From contig NC_043013.1 in the NCBI RefSeq assembly GCF_006345805.1, positions 7,378,001 to 7,442,000 on the forward strand: 64,000 nt of DNA, in the 5' to 3' direction. Each line of letters starts with the position of its first letter. The first letter of the stretch is position 1. Source of the DNA: Octopus sinensis. Taxonomy: Eukaryota. Below are positions 13,785 to 27,425 of this stretch, piece after piece. The notes under the pieces are model-generated. The model was not told where the DNA came from. It ran no database searches and saw nothing but the letters and a program-made list of their open reading frames with translations. Both the position numbers and the translations under genes were made by a program.

Positions 13785-14241
13785 TAAGAGAACAGAGTCC
13801 GAGCTAGTGAGAGTGTGGGACATTATTTTGAAGTTGCTGGTAGGAATTTTTCTTTCTGTCTCCGATCATTAAATGCTAGCAGTTCTTTCCTTACTAACTG
13901 GGTCGTCACGAAATGCCTTATTCAGTTGCCAACAAGTTACTAACTGATTTTTGCTTGGGATGTGCTTGCTTATATTAAAATCCAGAAGGATAGATATATC
14001 ATTGAGAACAATAAATTTAGTTAGTGGTGTTGTTATCTAGTCTAGCTTTGGAGAAGTAGAAGGGGTTAGAAAGGGTCAAGTGGCGAAGACATTATTTCAG
14101 CCTAGCTAAAGTCATCTGGAAAATGTAAAACTGCTGTCAGAGAAAAACCATTGTTCCATCGTGGGAAAAGTTCTGTAGCAGTGTTGATTTAAATTTGGCT
14201 GTGGTGGATCGAATCCATTTCATGCTTGCAGGATTCGCTAC
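13785..14241 (-). mobile_element. Solo-LTR-like element, homologous to 57434-57957
   Basis: Roughly 80% similar by eye to the reverse complement of 57434-57957. Both copies begin TGTAG. Confidence 0.55.
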
Positions 14242-15529
14242 ACACACATGCCCGTCTGTATATCTGTCTATTTGTTTATATTTACACTCATCTCCATCTA
14301 TAATTTATCTAAGTGTTCACTCATCTGTATATCTATTTATTTGTTTACACACTCCTCACTATAAATTTCTGTCACGGATATAGAGTAGCATCAATATTCA
14401 AATACCCACCCCATTATTTCTAAAATACATATTAGTCGATCCTGTTTAGCAAATAACAGCGTATAAAACGTTATGGCTTTCTGCTTTTCCATCCTGCTGC
14501 CGTTATATTTTGCATAGCAATTACACATGAATACCTATTCAGATTATTGTTGTTTTAACACCAGCAGGCTCCCACCGGGAAGACGTAAACAAGTTAAAGT
14601 CAATCCAGCTATAGTCATCTCGTCTTTTTCTCCATCAAAGACTATATTGTCCACTGTAGTATCCTTCTTTATTTAAGACAGTAAGGCATGATTTGAGGTG
14701 AATCGACTACCATTTCTTAAAAAAAAAAAATCCAGAGCCAAAGAATAAGAATCTCTGACGTCGATCACACACACATATAAGGGTAGAGTAGGAGATGTTT
14801 TGAATTCCTTATTTTCAGTATTTAAGGCAGCGAACTGGGAGAATCGTTAACTGCGCAGCGTATTTTTTTCTTTTTTACTTCCTGGTTTTACGTTCTGACT
14901 TCAAATTCTACCAGGGTCCACTTTGCCATTCATCATTTTGGAGTCGAGGAAATTAGGACCAGTTGAGTACTGGGGGTCGATGAGTAAAATTTTACCAACT
15001 CACCCCAATGCTTTTCACCCAAAAAATAATAACAACAATAATAATAATACTCGGATTTTTTTCGCGTGGAATTAACTCCCCTGAACTCCTGCTATACCGC
15101 CAATCCCTTATTATGGTGGTTCGGAAAAGGAGGTGAGGCGGGGCGAACCCCTCCGCCGGAATTATTCGAAATTTCTTCTTTTTTTTTTTTTTTTCGTTGA
15201 ATGAATTACGGTGAGCTCCTAATATGCCGCAGAATCCTATTGTCCGGAAAACGGGTGGGGATGGAACTCTCGGAAATTTCACACACACCCTCCTAATTTC
15301 ACGGAAAATTTTTTGCCGAATTTTTGCGTGTGTCAATACTTGTTGGCGAGGGAACCTTTCTAGTAGCACTCGTCCTTTTAGAAATAACAGCCAAATCTCC
15401 CTCGTCACACTGCACCATCTTTGTTGCGCAAAACGTACATGGGAGCCAGTCAAGGGGTTTTACTTGACTCAACAGGTCTTCTCAAGCTTATCATATCACC
15501 CGACGCATCTATTGTACTCTTAACTGGGC

Positions 15530-15800
15530 TGGACATGCATGGCTGCGGTCTCACTTTAGTTGCTGGGTCTTCTCACTCACAATATATCTCCAAATGTCTC
15601 GGTCTCCTGTCATTGCTTCTGTGAGGCCCAATGTTCCTGGGTGTACTTCTTCCACAGGTTCCTTCCACAGTTAGGGAGTGGCACTTCCTCACACAGCTCT
15701 TGTCATTCATACATAACACATGATCATACCAGTGCAGTATGATCATGTCTCTCTTGCACATCATGTTTGATGCTTTTTATGCCCATCTTTTCTCTCAGAG
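15530..15800 (-). mobile_element. RTE LINE C-terminal fragment
   Basis: WYDHVLCMNDKSCVRKCHSLTVEGTCGRS, a diverged homolog of 2437-2766. Confidence 0.75.
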
Positions 15801-16697
15801 AGCATGTGTGTGTGTGTGGCGATAACAATTCCCTCTCTCTCTCTCTTTTGGAGAGGCACTGAGTACCTACATGCACATATACACACACGGCAGTAACTTC
15901 CGCCTACTGAATTCAATCACAAAGCTTCGGTCGACTCGGGGCTATAGCAGAAGACACCTACCCAAAGTGCCACGCAGTGGGACTGAACCCGAAACCATGA
16001 GGCTAGGAAGCAAGCTCCCTAACCACACAGCCATAACCCGCGCCTACCCTATTTCCGAATCAATGGAACTACCTTTTGGTTAAATCTCTAATCTTTACAA
16101 GTGAACCTTTACCATTTTTACTTTTGTTTTTGCATATTTGTAATCTCCAATGTCTAAATAAAACCTATGAATCCAAAGAGATTTCCAAAAAATGCATTTT
16201 TGAAGGTGAGGTCTGAAACTGCATTAGCCTCATTTCTTTACCCATATTTTTAGACAACATTTTGCAGAAATACATTTTCAAGTGTGTGGATTACATTAGA
16301 CTGAAAATTCAAATAAGTTTGAAAAGAACAAGTGAAATGCTAAAGTTTAGTGGTGACAAAGTCTGAGCAGGAGAAATAAAGAATGATATAAAATTCTTCT
16401 ATAAAAATATTAGCGTTTGTGTGTGTGTGTGTGTGAAAGAAGTAGAAGTATAATATTAATACAAAATATATTTTACATATCTCTTAAAACCACTGGATAC
16501 ATTAATCCCAGATTGCAGAATAGATTTCAAATGGCATTGAGTCAGTCAGTAAAAAGAAAAATCTCACTTTCCCTTTGCAAGTTTTCATGCCAGTCAGGTA
16601 ACTAATGCATTTCATTTTGGTGTGGAGGGCAAGAGAGAAAAAAGGAAAGAGAGAGACAGAGAAAGTGATGAGAGACTATGGATAAAGTAAGAAAGAA

Positions 16698-17042
16698 AGA
16701 GCACCGCCTTTAGTCGACCAAATCGACCCCAGGACTTATTCTTTGGAAGCCAAGTACTTATTTGATCGGTCTCTTTTTGCCGAACCGCTAAGTTATGGGG
16801 ACGTAAACAAACCAGCATCGGTTGTCAAGCGATGTTGGGGGTACAAACACAGACAAACACACACACACACATATATATATATATAAATATACATATATAC
16901 GATGGGCTTCTTTCAGTTTCTGCCTACCAAATCCACTCACAAAGCTTTGGTTGACACTTGCCCGAGGTGCCACGCAGTGGGACTGAACCCAGATCCATGT
17001 GGCTGGTAAGCAATCTACTTACCACAAAGCCACTCCTGCGCC
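16698..17042 (-). mobile_element. SINE family 1 copy
   Basis: Matches the family 1 sequence. Confidence 0.88.
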
Positions 17043-17050
17043 TATATATG

Positions 17051-17085
<35 letters not shown>

Positions 17086-17564
17086 GTATTATGGTTCTGG
17101 GTTCATTCTCACAGCATAGGTAGGTGTCTTCTATTATAGACCAACCCCGACCCCCACTTCGTTTCCGAACCACAAAAATAATGGATTTGCAGTGTAGTAG
17201 GAGGCCAGGGGAGTTGATTCCATGTGAAAAATCCAAGGGTTTAGTAGACAGAAACTGATAGGAGCCCTTCATGCATATATGCATACATGTGCATATGCAC
17301 ATACGTGTGCAAATGTATGTGAGTGTTGATGTGTGTATGTTTGCGTATCCTTATAATTCTATAATTATTGTAAATGAGTGTCACTGTCATAAAAGCAGTG
17401 TTGTTCATTTCCAGTATTCTACAAAAACCTGTCTGGCCCCATGGAAATATTACTCCTCTTAGAAATAGTTAAGAAATAGCAACAGAAGGGGCATGTGAGC
17501 ACAGAAAACCTACCTCAGTGAATTCTTTCTGACCCATGCAGACATGAAAAAGTGACTATAATAA

Positions 17565-18209
17565 TGGCTTCAAATTTTGCCACAAAGCCAGCAATTTCAG
17601 GGAAAGAGATAAGTCATTTACATCGACCCCAATTATCAAATGGTATTTTTTCTATCTACTCCAAAAGGACAAAAGGCAAAGTTGACCTCAGCAGAATTTG
17701 AAATCAGATCATAAAAATGAACAAAATGCCACTAAGCATTTTGCCTGGCATGCTAATAATTCAGCCAGCTCACTGCCTTAACAATAATAATAATAATCCT
17801 TTCTCCTATAGGCATAAGGCCTGAAATTTGTGGGAGGCAACAGTCTTATTTTATTGACCCCTAAATGGATGAAGGGCAATGTCGACCCCAGTGGAATTTG
17901 AACTCAGAATATAACAACAGACGAAATGCTGCTAAGCATTTTGTCCAGTGTACCAACAATTGTGACAGCATGCTGCCTTACTTATAATAATAATCCTTTC
18001 TACTAAAGGCACAAGGTCTGAAATTTGGGGGTAGGGGAATAATCAATTACATCGACTCCAGTGTTTCACTGGTACTTAATTTATCGACCCTGAAAGGATG
18101 AAAGGATAAGTTGACCTCGGCAGGATTTGAACTCAGATCAGAGCGACAGGCAAAATACTGCTAAGCATTTCACCCGGCATGCTAATGATTCTGCCAGCTC
18201 ACCACTTTA
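17565..18209 (-). mobile_element. Three diverged head-to-tail SINE family 2 copies separated by (AAT)n
   Basis: Repeated reverse-complement GAGCTGGCAGAATC...GTTCAAAT...TTTCATCCTTT motifs. Confidence 0.75.
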
Positions 18210-18250
18210 ATAATGATAATAATAATAATAATAATAACAACAACAATAAA

Positions 18251-18845
18251 ATGCCCTGATGCAGTACCAGGCAGTTGCTCTCATGGCTTCTGATCTAAAC
18301 TGATTGGAAGTGTTATCATCTACATTGTTTTGTCTTGGTATAAAAGATGGGCTACAGCAAATATTCTGCTCAATACCACAGATTTGCTTGTCAGTTGTTT
18401 GACCTTAACCAGTTGAGCATGTCCCTTGGTGGCTGACGATATGTGCATCTCTGATCACGAGCAGAAGTAGTGGGGGAATATCATAGCTGTGTGTTGAAAG
18501 GGATTCTTTGGGGTTTGAATAATTCACCTCTGGAAACATGGATGTTTCGTTCAACATCCTTAAACAACTGTTATTCAAGGACCTTTTGAGTGGGATGGGT
18601 TACTCGACCAGAAGTCCCACCTGCAAGGTCATGTGCTGTTTATTTTCATATGCGATCACCATGTCGTGCACATATGGTTGTGATGCATGTGCCTGGTGTA
18701 CCCTTATCAGACAGGTAGTGATGATGGGTATATTGGGCTTCGTATATTTTACACCAGTGTCACTTTGATGGCATGCACTGCTCTCTCACTCAATAATAAT
18801 AACAATAATAATAATAATAATAGTAATAATAATAATAATAATAAT
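18251..18845 (+). mobile_element. Non-LTR element 3' end embedded in (AAT)n; second copy at 50391-50896
   Basis: ~500 bp shared with 50391-50896. Both copies sit between (AAT)n runs and end CTCTCTCACTC(AAT)n. Confidence 0.75.
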
Positions 18846-18964
18846 GATGATTGTGTATGTTGTCGTGAACCCCCTTCATATGTTTAACTATTCTGCCTTA
18901 CTTTTAATTTTGTTTCAGTTTCTATATAAGCTGACACCCTAATCAAGAAGACAGCGGTATCAAT

Positions 18965-19127
18965 ATGAAGAACACACTATTTACCATAGTCTTCACTGCA
19001 CTGCTTACCTCGGCTGCTGGTTTTGTCTATAACTGTAGCAATGAGGACTGTTCTAGTTGTCCTTCTGTGGAAAATTGTGAGAGAACAATAAAATGTGGTT
19101 GCTGTAAAATTTGTGTGGAACTCATTA
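18965..19127 (+). CDS. Gene A exon E1: signal peptide and N-half of IGFBP-N-like domain (secreted IGFBP-like/thyroglobulin type-1 protein, 203 aa)
   Basis: Acceptor tgtttcag at 18918, ATG at 18965, hydrophobic signal MKNTLFTIVFTALLTSAAG, motif CGCCKIC (IGFBP GCGCCxxC-like), donor A|gtaagt. Five phase-compatible exons (163+105+73+80+191 = 612 nt) give one open frame. Confidence 0.9.
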
Positions 19128-22080
19128 GTAAGTATTTAAACTTGTAAACCCGATAAATTGTGCAGTTTATGTTTGTATTCACAAATATGCTGTGCAATAT
19201 ATAATCATCATCATCATCATCATCATCACATCATTTAACGTCTGCTTTCCATGCTGGCATGAGTTGGACAGTTTGACAGCACCAGGCTTCACTGTCAGTT
19301 TTGGCAGGGTCTGGCTTATAGTTGGCTGTACTCTACTCAACACTGAGGTTTGATGTTTATAATATATGTACGCCAGAGAACAATTGAGTTTGTGGTTAGC
19401 TTCACTCCTGTCGTGTTTAGAATTTATTCTTTTCTATTCTAGGTACAAAACCCGAAATTTTTGGGGAGGAGGCCAGTCCATTAGATCGACCCCTGTACGC
19501 AACTGGTGCTTTCACCCGGTGTGCTAATGTTTCTGCCAGCTCGCCTCCTTATGCTTAGAGTTTATTGTCAAACCTCAGATAAAACTACAGTTTATACTTG
19601 AGATAGAACTTAGTTGATAGAGGAAAAGGAATTCCATTTAGCCTTTTAGCATTCAGATTTCTTTGTCAAATGTAAAGGTAAAAACTGCCTTTAGTCTTGA
19701 ATGACCATGGGATTGCACCTTGGAAGTTACTCTCCAAAGGACAAGTCCAGGCAAAGTTGTTTATGGAAGACCAGCAGTCATTCATGCATACCAGTCTCCC
19801 CTCTCCACACCACTGATGTTGTCCAAGGGAAAGGCCAAGGCTGATACAACTTGGCACCAATGACGTCACAACTCGTTTCTACAGTTGTGTTCTTCAGCAA
19901 GACACTTTATTTCATTTGCTCCACTTCACTCAGCTGTAAAATGTCTTGCTTATTTACTCACATTGTTTTGAATTAATTTCACATTATCTCAAAGCTTTAA
20001 GATTTCAGTGGTGTGTTTGTATGTTTTTAGAATGGCATTGTAGGGTAGGTGCAAGAGGTTGCATCTAGTCAATTTTAACATAAAGCAACTAGAATATTTC
20101 AGCTGTTTATGATCAGATAAAATGCAAAAGGGTTAAATATGATGACATGGAATATGGCGACTGTTAATCTAAATGGTTACCTTGGAATCATCATCATCAT
20201 CCTCATCGTTTAATGTCTGCTTTCCATGCTAGCATGGGTTGGACGATTTGACTGAGGTCTGGTGAACCAGTTGGCTGCATTAAACTCCAATCTGATCTGG
20301 CAGAGTTTCTAAAGCTGGATGTCCTTCCTAATGCCAACCACTCCGAGAGTGTAGCGGGTACTTTTACGTGCCACCAGCACAAGGGCCAGTTAGGTGGTAC
20401 TGGCAATGGCCATGCTCAAATGGTGCATTTTATATGCCACCTGCACAGGAGCCAATCCAGCGGCACTGGCAACGACCTCACTCAAATGTTTTTTACACGT
20501 GCCATCAGCACGGAGGCCAGCTCGTTGCTCTGGCAACAATCTCACTTGTATGGTACTCTTAGCACCGATACCAATCATCAAATTTGATTTCGATTTGACT
20601 TGCCTCCACTTCATCACCACTTCATCCCAGGTCTTCCTGGGTCTACCTCTTCCACAGGTTCCCTCAACTGCTAGGGTGTGGCACTTTTTCACGTACTTTA
20701 TATATTGGAATTTGGATAGGCTTTTTATTCTAGACGACTTATTAGTTTGAGGGAGTTTTGATTGCTTTTTCTATGAGGTCAAGTAACCACAAAATGACTT
20801 TTCAGCTCATTTGTACTTATGACTTTATGGTTAGTGATCTAACACTTCAACCTCACAGCCATTCTATCTTTGGAGCTCTATAGAGGTTCATTTAACTCAG
20901 TGCACATAGTGTTGTACTTTCTCTAAGACAAAAGACATAACAGCCAACACAAAACGTAGACCATGAAATACTCAGGCTTTGTTTTTCTTTTTCATCATCA
21001 TCATCATCTAAATTTCATTTCATGTTTTATATAACAACCTGATGGTATGACAATTTTCTTGTTCCATGGTGGTAGGCCCCTCATCTGGGATGCCACATGC
21101 TGTGATACCTTCTCTAGGGGCAACTTGGTGTGTTCAGCTACAAGTCTAGGCTCTGCTGCTCATTAGGTTGAGAAAAGCAAACTGCCAAAGCATCAGTCAC
21201 TCTCTGAAGGTTTATGGTTGAGCCTGTAATGGGGGAGATCTCCAGTGTTCTCAGCCCCAGACCATATCCCTGCTCCCCACAATTGGGGCGGAAATGGCTA
21301 TCTGCAAGTTCAAACCCCATGAATCAGAGTGGCTGTTCCAGTACTTCTCCCTCACCATCCTCCAGGGCAATGTCTTTTCCATTTCATTTGCTGTGACCAT
21401 AAGGCAGTCTGAATTACAGGAAATCGGGAGAATGCAAGAATTTTGTAGCTTACTACGTGAACATTAAAGTAATGAAGTGCTTCTGTTGCAACAAGAAAAA
21501 AATAAGAAAAATTACCAAGTGAGTACAGAATCATGCTTTCGTCTTCTGACCCACAACTCCACAATATATTACAGATCATCATCATCATCATCGTTTAACG
21601 TCCGTTTTCCTCGCTAGCACGGTTCGACCGGGGTCTGAGAAGCCAGGGGCTGCACCAGGCTCCAGTCTGATCTGGCAGTGTTTCTACAGCTGGATGCCCT
21701 TCCTAACGCCAACCACTCCGCGAGTGTAGTGGGTGCTTTTTACGTGCCACCAGCACAGGTGCCAGGGGAGTCTGGCATCGGCCACGATCGGTTAGTGCTT
21801 TTAACGTGCCACCAGCACGGAAGCCAGCCAAGGCGGCGCTGGCATTGGCCACGTTCGGATGGTGCTTTTTATGTGCCACCAGCACAGAAGCCAGTCGAGA
21901 CGGCACTGGCAACGGCTACGTTTGGATGGTGCTTTTTATGTGCCACCAGCACAAGTATCACAACTACTATTTCCATTGATATTTGTGAAATCTTTGAACG
22001 AGGCAGATAATTCAGTTTTTCTTTCAGTTTAGTGAGGAGTAAAACAAAGGAATCAGTGCAAAGAATACTTGTCATTGTCA

Positions 22081-23300
22081 AGCTGGCAGAAACGTTAGCA
22101 CGCCGGGCGAAATGCTGAGCGGTATTTCATCTGCCGCTACATACTGTGTTCAAATTCCGCCAAGGTCGACTTTGCCTTTCATCCTTTCAGGGTCGATTAA
22201 ATAAGTACCAGTTATGCACTGGGGTCGATATAATCGACTTAATCCGTTTGTCTGTCCTTGTTTGTCCTCTCTGTGTTTAGCACCTTGTGGGTAGTAAAGA
22301 AATAGGTATTTCGTCTGCCGCTATGTTCTGAGTTCAAATTGTCGACTTTGCCTTTCATCCTTCCAGGGTCGATTAAATAAGTACCAGTTACGCACTGGGG
22401 TCGATATAATCGACTTAATCCGTTTGTCTGTCCTTGTTTGTCCTCTCTGTGTTTAGGCCCTTTTGGGTCGTAAAGAAATAGGTATTTCGTCTGCTGCTAT
22501 GTTCTGAGTTCAAGTTCTGCCAAGGTCGACTTTGCCTTTCATCTTTTCGGGGTCGATTAAATAAGTACCAGTTATGCACTGGGGTTGATATAATCGACTT
22601 AATCCGTTTGTCTGTCCTTGTTTGTCCTGTGTTTAGCCCCTTGTGGGTAGTAAAGAAATAGGTATTTCGTCTACCGCTATGTTCTGAATTCAAGTTCATC
22701 CAAGGTCGACTTTGCCTTTCATCTTTTCGGGATCGATTAAATAAGTACCAGTTATGCACTGGGGTTGATATAATCGACTTAATCCGTTTGTCTGTCCTTG
22801 TTTGTCCTCTCTGTGTTTAGCACCTTGTGGGTAGTAAAGAAATAGGTATTTCGTCTGCCGCTATGTTCTGAGTTCAAATTCCACCGAGGTCGACTTTGCC
22901 TTTCATCCTTCCAGGGTCGATTAAATAAGTACCAGTTACGCACTGGGGTCGATATAATCGACTTAATCCGTTTGTCTGTCCTTGTTTGTCCTCTCTGTGT
23001 TTAGGCCCTTGTGGGTCGTAAGGAAATAGGTATTTCGTCTGCTGCTATGTTCTGAGTTCAAGTTCTGCCAAGGTCGACTTTGCCTTTCATCTTTTCGGGG
23101 TCAATTAAATAAGTACCAGTTATGCACTGGGGTTGATATAATCGACTTAATCCGTTTGTCTGTCCTTGTTTGTCCTGTGTTTAGCCCCTTGTGGGTAGTA
23201 AAGAAATAGGTATACTTGTTATAAGGCGGCGAGCTGGCAGACATGTTAGCACGCCGGCCGAAATGCTTGTTTAGCCCCTTGTGGGTAATAAGGAAATAGG
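22081..23300 (+). repeat. Tandem array of six ~180-bp SINE family 2 units with ABC-ABC higher-order structure
   Basis: Units start at ~22121, 22305, 22481, 22661, 22845 and 23029. Diagnostic variants recur every third unit. Confidence 0.9.
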
Positions 23301-23472
23301 TATACTTGCCATTGTCTACTCTGTAATAATAGAGATAGATTTCTCATATTTCTCCGTCCGTTATTTCTCTTCACAGAAACCAAAATTTGAACTTTGTCCT
23401 TTTTGAATCTTTTAAGTAGATGAAATGGTTTAATTTCTTGTATTAAAATACGCTTTTGTATGTTTATTCCAG

Positions 23473-23577
23473 AGGAAGGTGAAACCTGCATCTCTCCAGC
23501 CAAAATAGTTCTGCAAACTCATATGGAATGTGATTCAGGACTTTTGTGTAATCCATTTACCGAGAAATGTACTGAAG
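23473..23577 (+). CDS. Gene A exon E2: C-half of IGFBP-N-like domain
   Basis: ttccag|AG ... GAA G|gtatgt; symmetric phase 1-1, 105 nt. Encodes (K)EGETCISPAKIVLQTHMECDSGLLCNPFTEKCTE (GExC...CxxGLxC pattern). Confidence 0.9.
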
Positions 23578-24639
23578 GTATGTTTTTGGAATGTTTATAC
23601 TTTTATTGGTTTCAGTTTTTGGAAGGAAGTGCAGTGGTCCTGTCCCTCTACAGGGCTGCCAAGACTAGTAGAAAGCAGGGAGAAGGTGACCTTAAAGTCA
23701 ATGCCTGGCCCAAATACTTGCAACAGAGTATACTAAAGTCATCCAGTGGTGGTGGTTGAGGATTCAGTCTGCCACTCAAGTAGGCCAGAGCTGGAACTAA
23801 TCCCTTCTCATACTTTATTTATTGACCCTGAAAGGGTGAAAGATGCAGTTGACTTTGATGGGATTTAATCTCAACCCCAAGACTTATTCTTTGTAAGCCT
23901 AGTACTTATTTTATTGGTCTCTTTTGCCGAAACGCTAAGTTACGGGGGACGTAAACACACCAGCATTGGTTGTCAAGTGATGTTGGGGAGGACAAACACA
24001 GACACACAAACACACACACACACGTACATATATATATATATACATATACATATATACGACAGGCTTCTTTCAGTTTCCGTCTACCAAATCCACTCACTTT
24101 GGTCGGCCCGAGGCTATAGTAGAAGACACTTGCCCAAGGCGCCATGCAGTGGGACTGAACCCGGAACCATGTGGTTGGTAAGCAAGTTACTTACCACACA
24201 GCCACTCCTGCACCTAAAATTTACAACCTTAGTGGGTTCTCATCAGAGGCATCTTCATCATTCTGACAGCCTCCAACTGTGAACAAAAACTGGAAAAGGT
24301 GATCTATTTTAATTCCATGTCTGATGTGTTTCATTACCACCTATATACTCTGAGATCTTGAATAAACGCACCCCACCACCGCTTATTAATTTTTCGGTCC
24401 CCCCTCCCTTATTCCCAATCTCCTGCTCATTAATTCTTTAGGTTTTTTTTCCACCACCCCCACCACGCTTTTATTCCCCACCCCCCCGTTAACTTTTGAT
24501 AATCTGTCTCCAGTGAAATTTTATCATAAGCTATTCATATTGATACGATGGCTGGAGAATCTAATAATTTTATTTTACATTAAAAACATTATATATATAT
24601 ATATACATATATAAACCAAAAACCAAATCAAAATAGATG

Positions 24640-25303
24640 AACATCAATGGAATTTGTATCTTTGTGGTATCAGTGCCGGTGGCACATAAGAAAACCATCC
24701 GAACGTGGCCGTAGCCAGTACCGCATCGACTGGCCTCCGTGCTGTGGGCACGTAACAAACACCATCCGATCGTGGCCATTCACCAGCCTCGTCTGGCACC
24801 TGTGTCGGTGGCACATAAAAAACACCATCCGAGCATGGCCGTCTGCCAGCCTCATCTGGCACCTGTGTCGGTGGCACATAAAAAACACCATCCGAGCGTG
24901 GCTGTTCGCCAGCCTCGTCTGGCACCTGTGTCGGTGGCACATAAAAAACACCATCCGAGCGTGGGCGTCCGCCAGCCTCGTCTGGCACCTGTGTCGGTGG
25001 CACATAAAAAACACCATCCGAGCGTGGCTGTTCGCCAGCCTCGTCTGGCACCTGTCTCGGTGGCACATAAAAAACACCATCCGAGCGTGGCCGTCCGCCA
25101 GCCTCGTCTGGCACCTGTGTCGGTGGCACATAAAATCACTCACTACACTCTCGGAGTGGTTGGCGTTAGGAAGGGCATCCAGCTGTAGAAACACTGCCAG
25201 ATCTGACTGGCCTGGTGCAGCCTTCGGGCTCCCCAGACCCCGGTTGAACCGTCCAACCCATGCTAGCATGGAAAGCGGACGTTAAACGATGATGATGATG
25301 ATG
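24640..25303 (+). mobile_element. RTE LINE 3'UTR with six 63-bp internal tandem repeats
   Basis: (GAT)n tail; 63-bp units at ~24750-25130 alternate between two variants. Confidence 0.88.
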
Positions 25304-25847
25304 ATATATAATAACAATTTAATAAATAAAACATATGCATACATACATACATATATGTACATACCTACATCTATATGTATATATACATGCATATATGAGT
25401 ACTGGACACCACAAATAAACGTAGAACACAACGAGAAACGAAAACATAAAATCAAACAAGGAAACAAACTTTTTTTAACAACAAAAAAACAGAGTACAAG
25501 ACAAACAATACAATGAAAATTCCCCTTCATCAGCTGCCCCTGTTTCGACTCAATGCGTGTTTCGAAGGTAATGGCAGAACACGATCCGGCCGAAGCAGTC
25601 CTTCCTGCAAAATGAATTAAATAAAATTAGTTGGTTAGATATTTAACCAACTAACTAACTATAAAGAAGTGGAATTGAACCTGTGTGTGTGTTATTATTG
25701 GCATAATGACTCTCCCAAGATACAACCAAATTTGTTTCAACTCACAAATTCACATCAAGAATCTTGTAAATCAAATGCAAAAGCTCTATAAGCTTTAGCC
25801 TTCCACATTATAAATTAACTAGATTTTATTCATTTATTTATTTTCAG

Positions 25848-25920
25848 ATCACAGTTTCCTCGAGCAACTGCAAGAGAAAAAGCCTTCACATAATGGTTCT
25901 GTCATCTGCCACAACAACAT
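25848..25920 (+). CDS. Gene A exon E3 (linker / start of degenerate thyroglobulin repeat)
   Basis: ttttcag|AT ... AT|gtacgt; phase 1 to 2, 73 nt. Encodes (D)HSFLEQLQEKKPSHNGSVICHNN(M). Confidence 0.85.
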
Positions 25921-27228
25921 GTACGTAACATTGAATCTATATCCTATTCAAGTTTTGTAGAATTGTCTATTGAACATGTAATTGTTGATTTCTTACAAGC
26001 ATATAGACGTAAGAGTGGCTGTGTGGTAAGATGCTTGCTTCCCAACCACATGGCTCCAGGTTCAGTCCTACTGCATGGCACCTTGGGCAAGTGTTTCTAC
26101 TACAACCTTGGGATGACCAAAGTGGATTTGGCAGACAGAAACTGAAAGAAGCCTGTCATGTGTATATATATGTGTGTGTGTGTGTGTGTGTTTGTTTCCC
26201 ATAACTTCTTGATTAATGATGTTTGTCTCCCGTAACTTAGCAGTTTGACAAAAGAGTCTAATAGAATAAGTACTAGGTTAAAAATTCCTCAAGGCCTGTC
26301 CCAGCAAGAACGCAGTCTAATGACTGAAACAAGTAAAAAAAAAAAAAAACCAAAGATAAAACACCTCTGGTTTATATGGGATGAGGCAGAATGTAGTGAG
26401 ATGAAAATGATAAAAACAGCATCCTGATATCAGTTCTTCAATTGGGTATTTGTATTCTAGAACACGAAATCTTTTACTTGTTCCAGTCATTGGATTTAGT
26501 CATGTTGTGGTGCCACCTTCAAGGGTTTAGTCATACAGTTCAGCTCCAGTATTTATTTATTTATGGTAGGCGCGGGCATGGCTGTGTGGTTCGGGAGCTT
26601 GCTTCCTAGCTACATGGTTTCGGGTTCAATCCCACTGTGTGGCACTTTGGGCAGGTGTCTTCCACTATAGCCCCGAGCCGACCGAAGCTTTGTGATTGAA
26701 TTCGGCAGGCGGAAGTTACTGCCGTGTGTGTATATGTGCGTGTAGGTGCTTGTGCCTCTCCGAAAGAGAGAGAGAGGGGTGGAGGTGATGGCGGGTGGCC
26801 GTCGCCGTCATCATCATTATGTCCTATGAATTCAAACCATCAATCCTTGCCACTACTAAAGTGGAAATCCAATTTATACTAAAAAATGAACTCATCCAAA
26901 CAAATGAATTGTTCTAAGCATACTCTGTTACGAAAGGTAAGAATATGCTCTTGCTAGGAAGGCTCTCCAATCACTCTTGTAAACTGCTCTGTTGCTTATA
27001 AGATTTTGCATTCTTCCATCTATTTGACTCATTTCTCGTTATTAAGAACCCCCTCCTTTCAACAAGATACAATATTACTCACCTAATTGTTTAAGTATTG
27101 AGTATGTGGTCCAGCTTGCTTCTACATGTCATCATATGACGGGAAAAGAATGAATTATAAGCAGAATGAAAACAAATTCAATGCAATAGAAATGTGTTCC
27201 CAAAGACATAGCAATACAATGTCCTTAA

Positions 27229-27425
27229 CCCTTTTGTTACTGTATTTCTGTTGAGATGCTCTGTGTTTCTTTCAATTACTTTAAATATAACAAAGAATTT
27301 AGTAAAATAACTTAGTAATCATTCAACTAGTGTTAGGAACATAAATTGTGACTAAGGTTTGGTGGAAAACAAGACATTTGTACTCAGAGCCAGAGCCGGT
27401 TTCAACCAGATTGGTGATGAAAGGG
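27229..27425. mobile_element. piggyBac-type MITE
   Basis: TTAA|CCCTTT ... AAAGGG|TTAA termini. Confidence 0.8.

Noticed and set aside
22081-23300. CRISPR-like or gene-like array
   Set aside because: Units are whole SINE bodies without unique spacers, in eukaryotic context.
24644-25285. Repetitive 21-aa proteins in several frames
   Set aside because: A 63-bp repeat in a LINE 3'UTR keeps frames open on both strands.
25520-25570. CTGATGA and GAAAC on the minus strand as another hammerhead (also ~46675-46690)
   Set aside because: I could not build the required helices with the motifs in this order.
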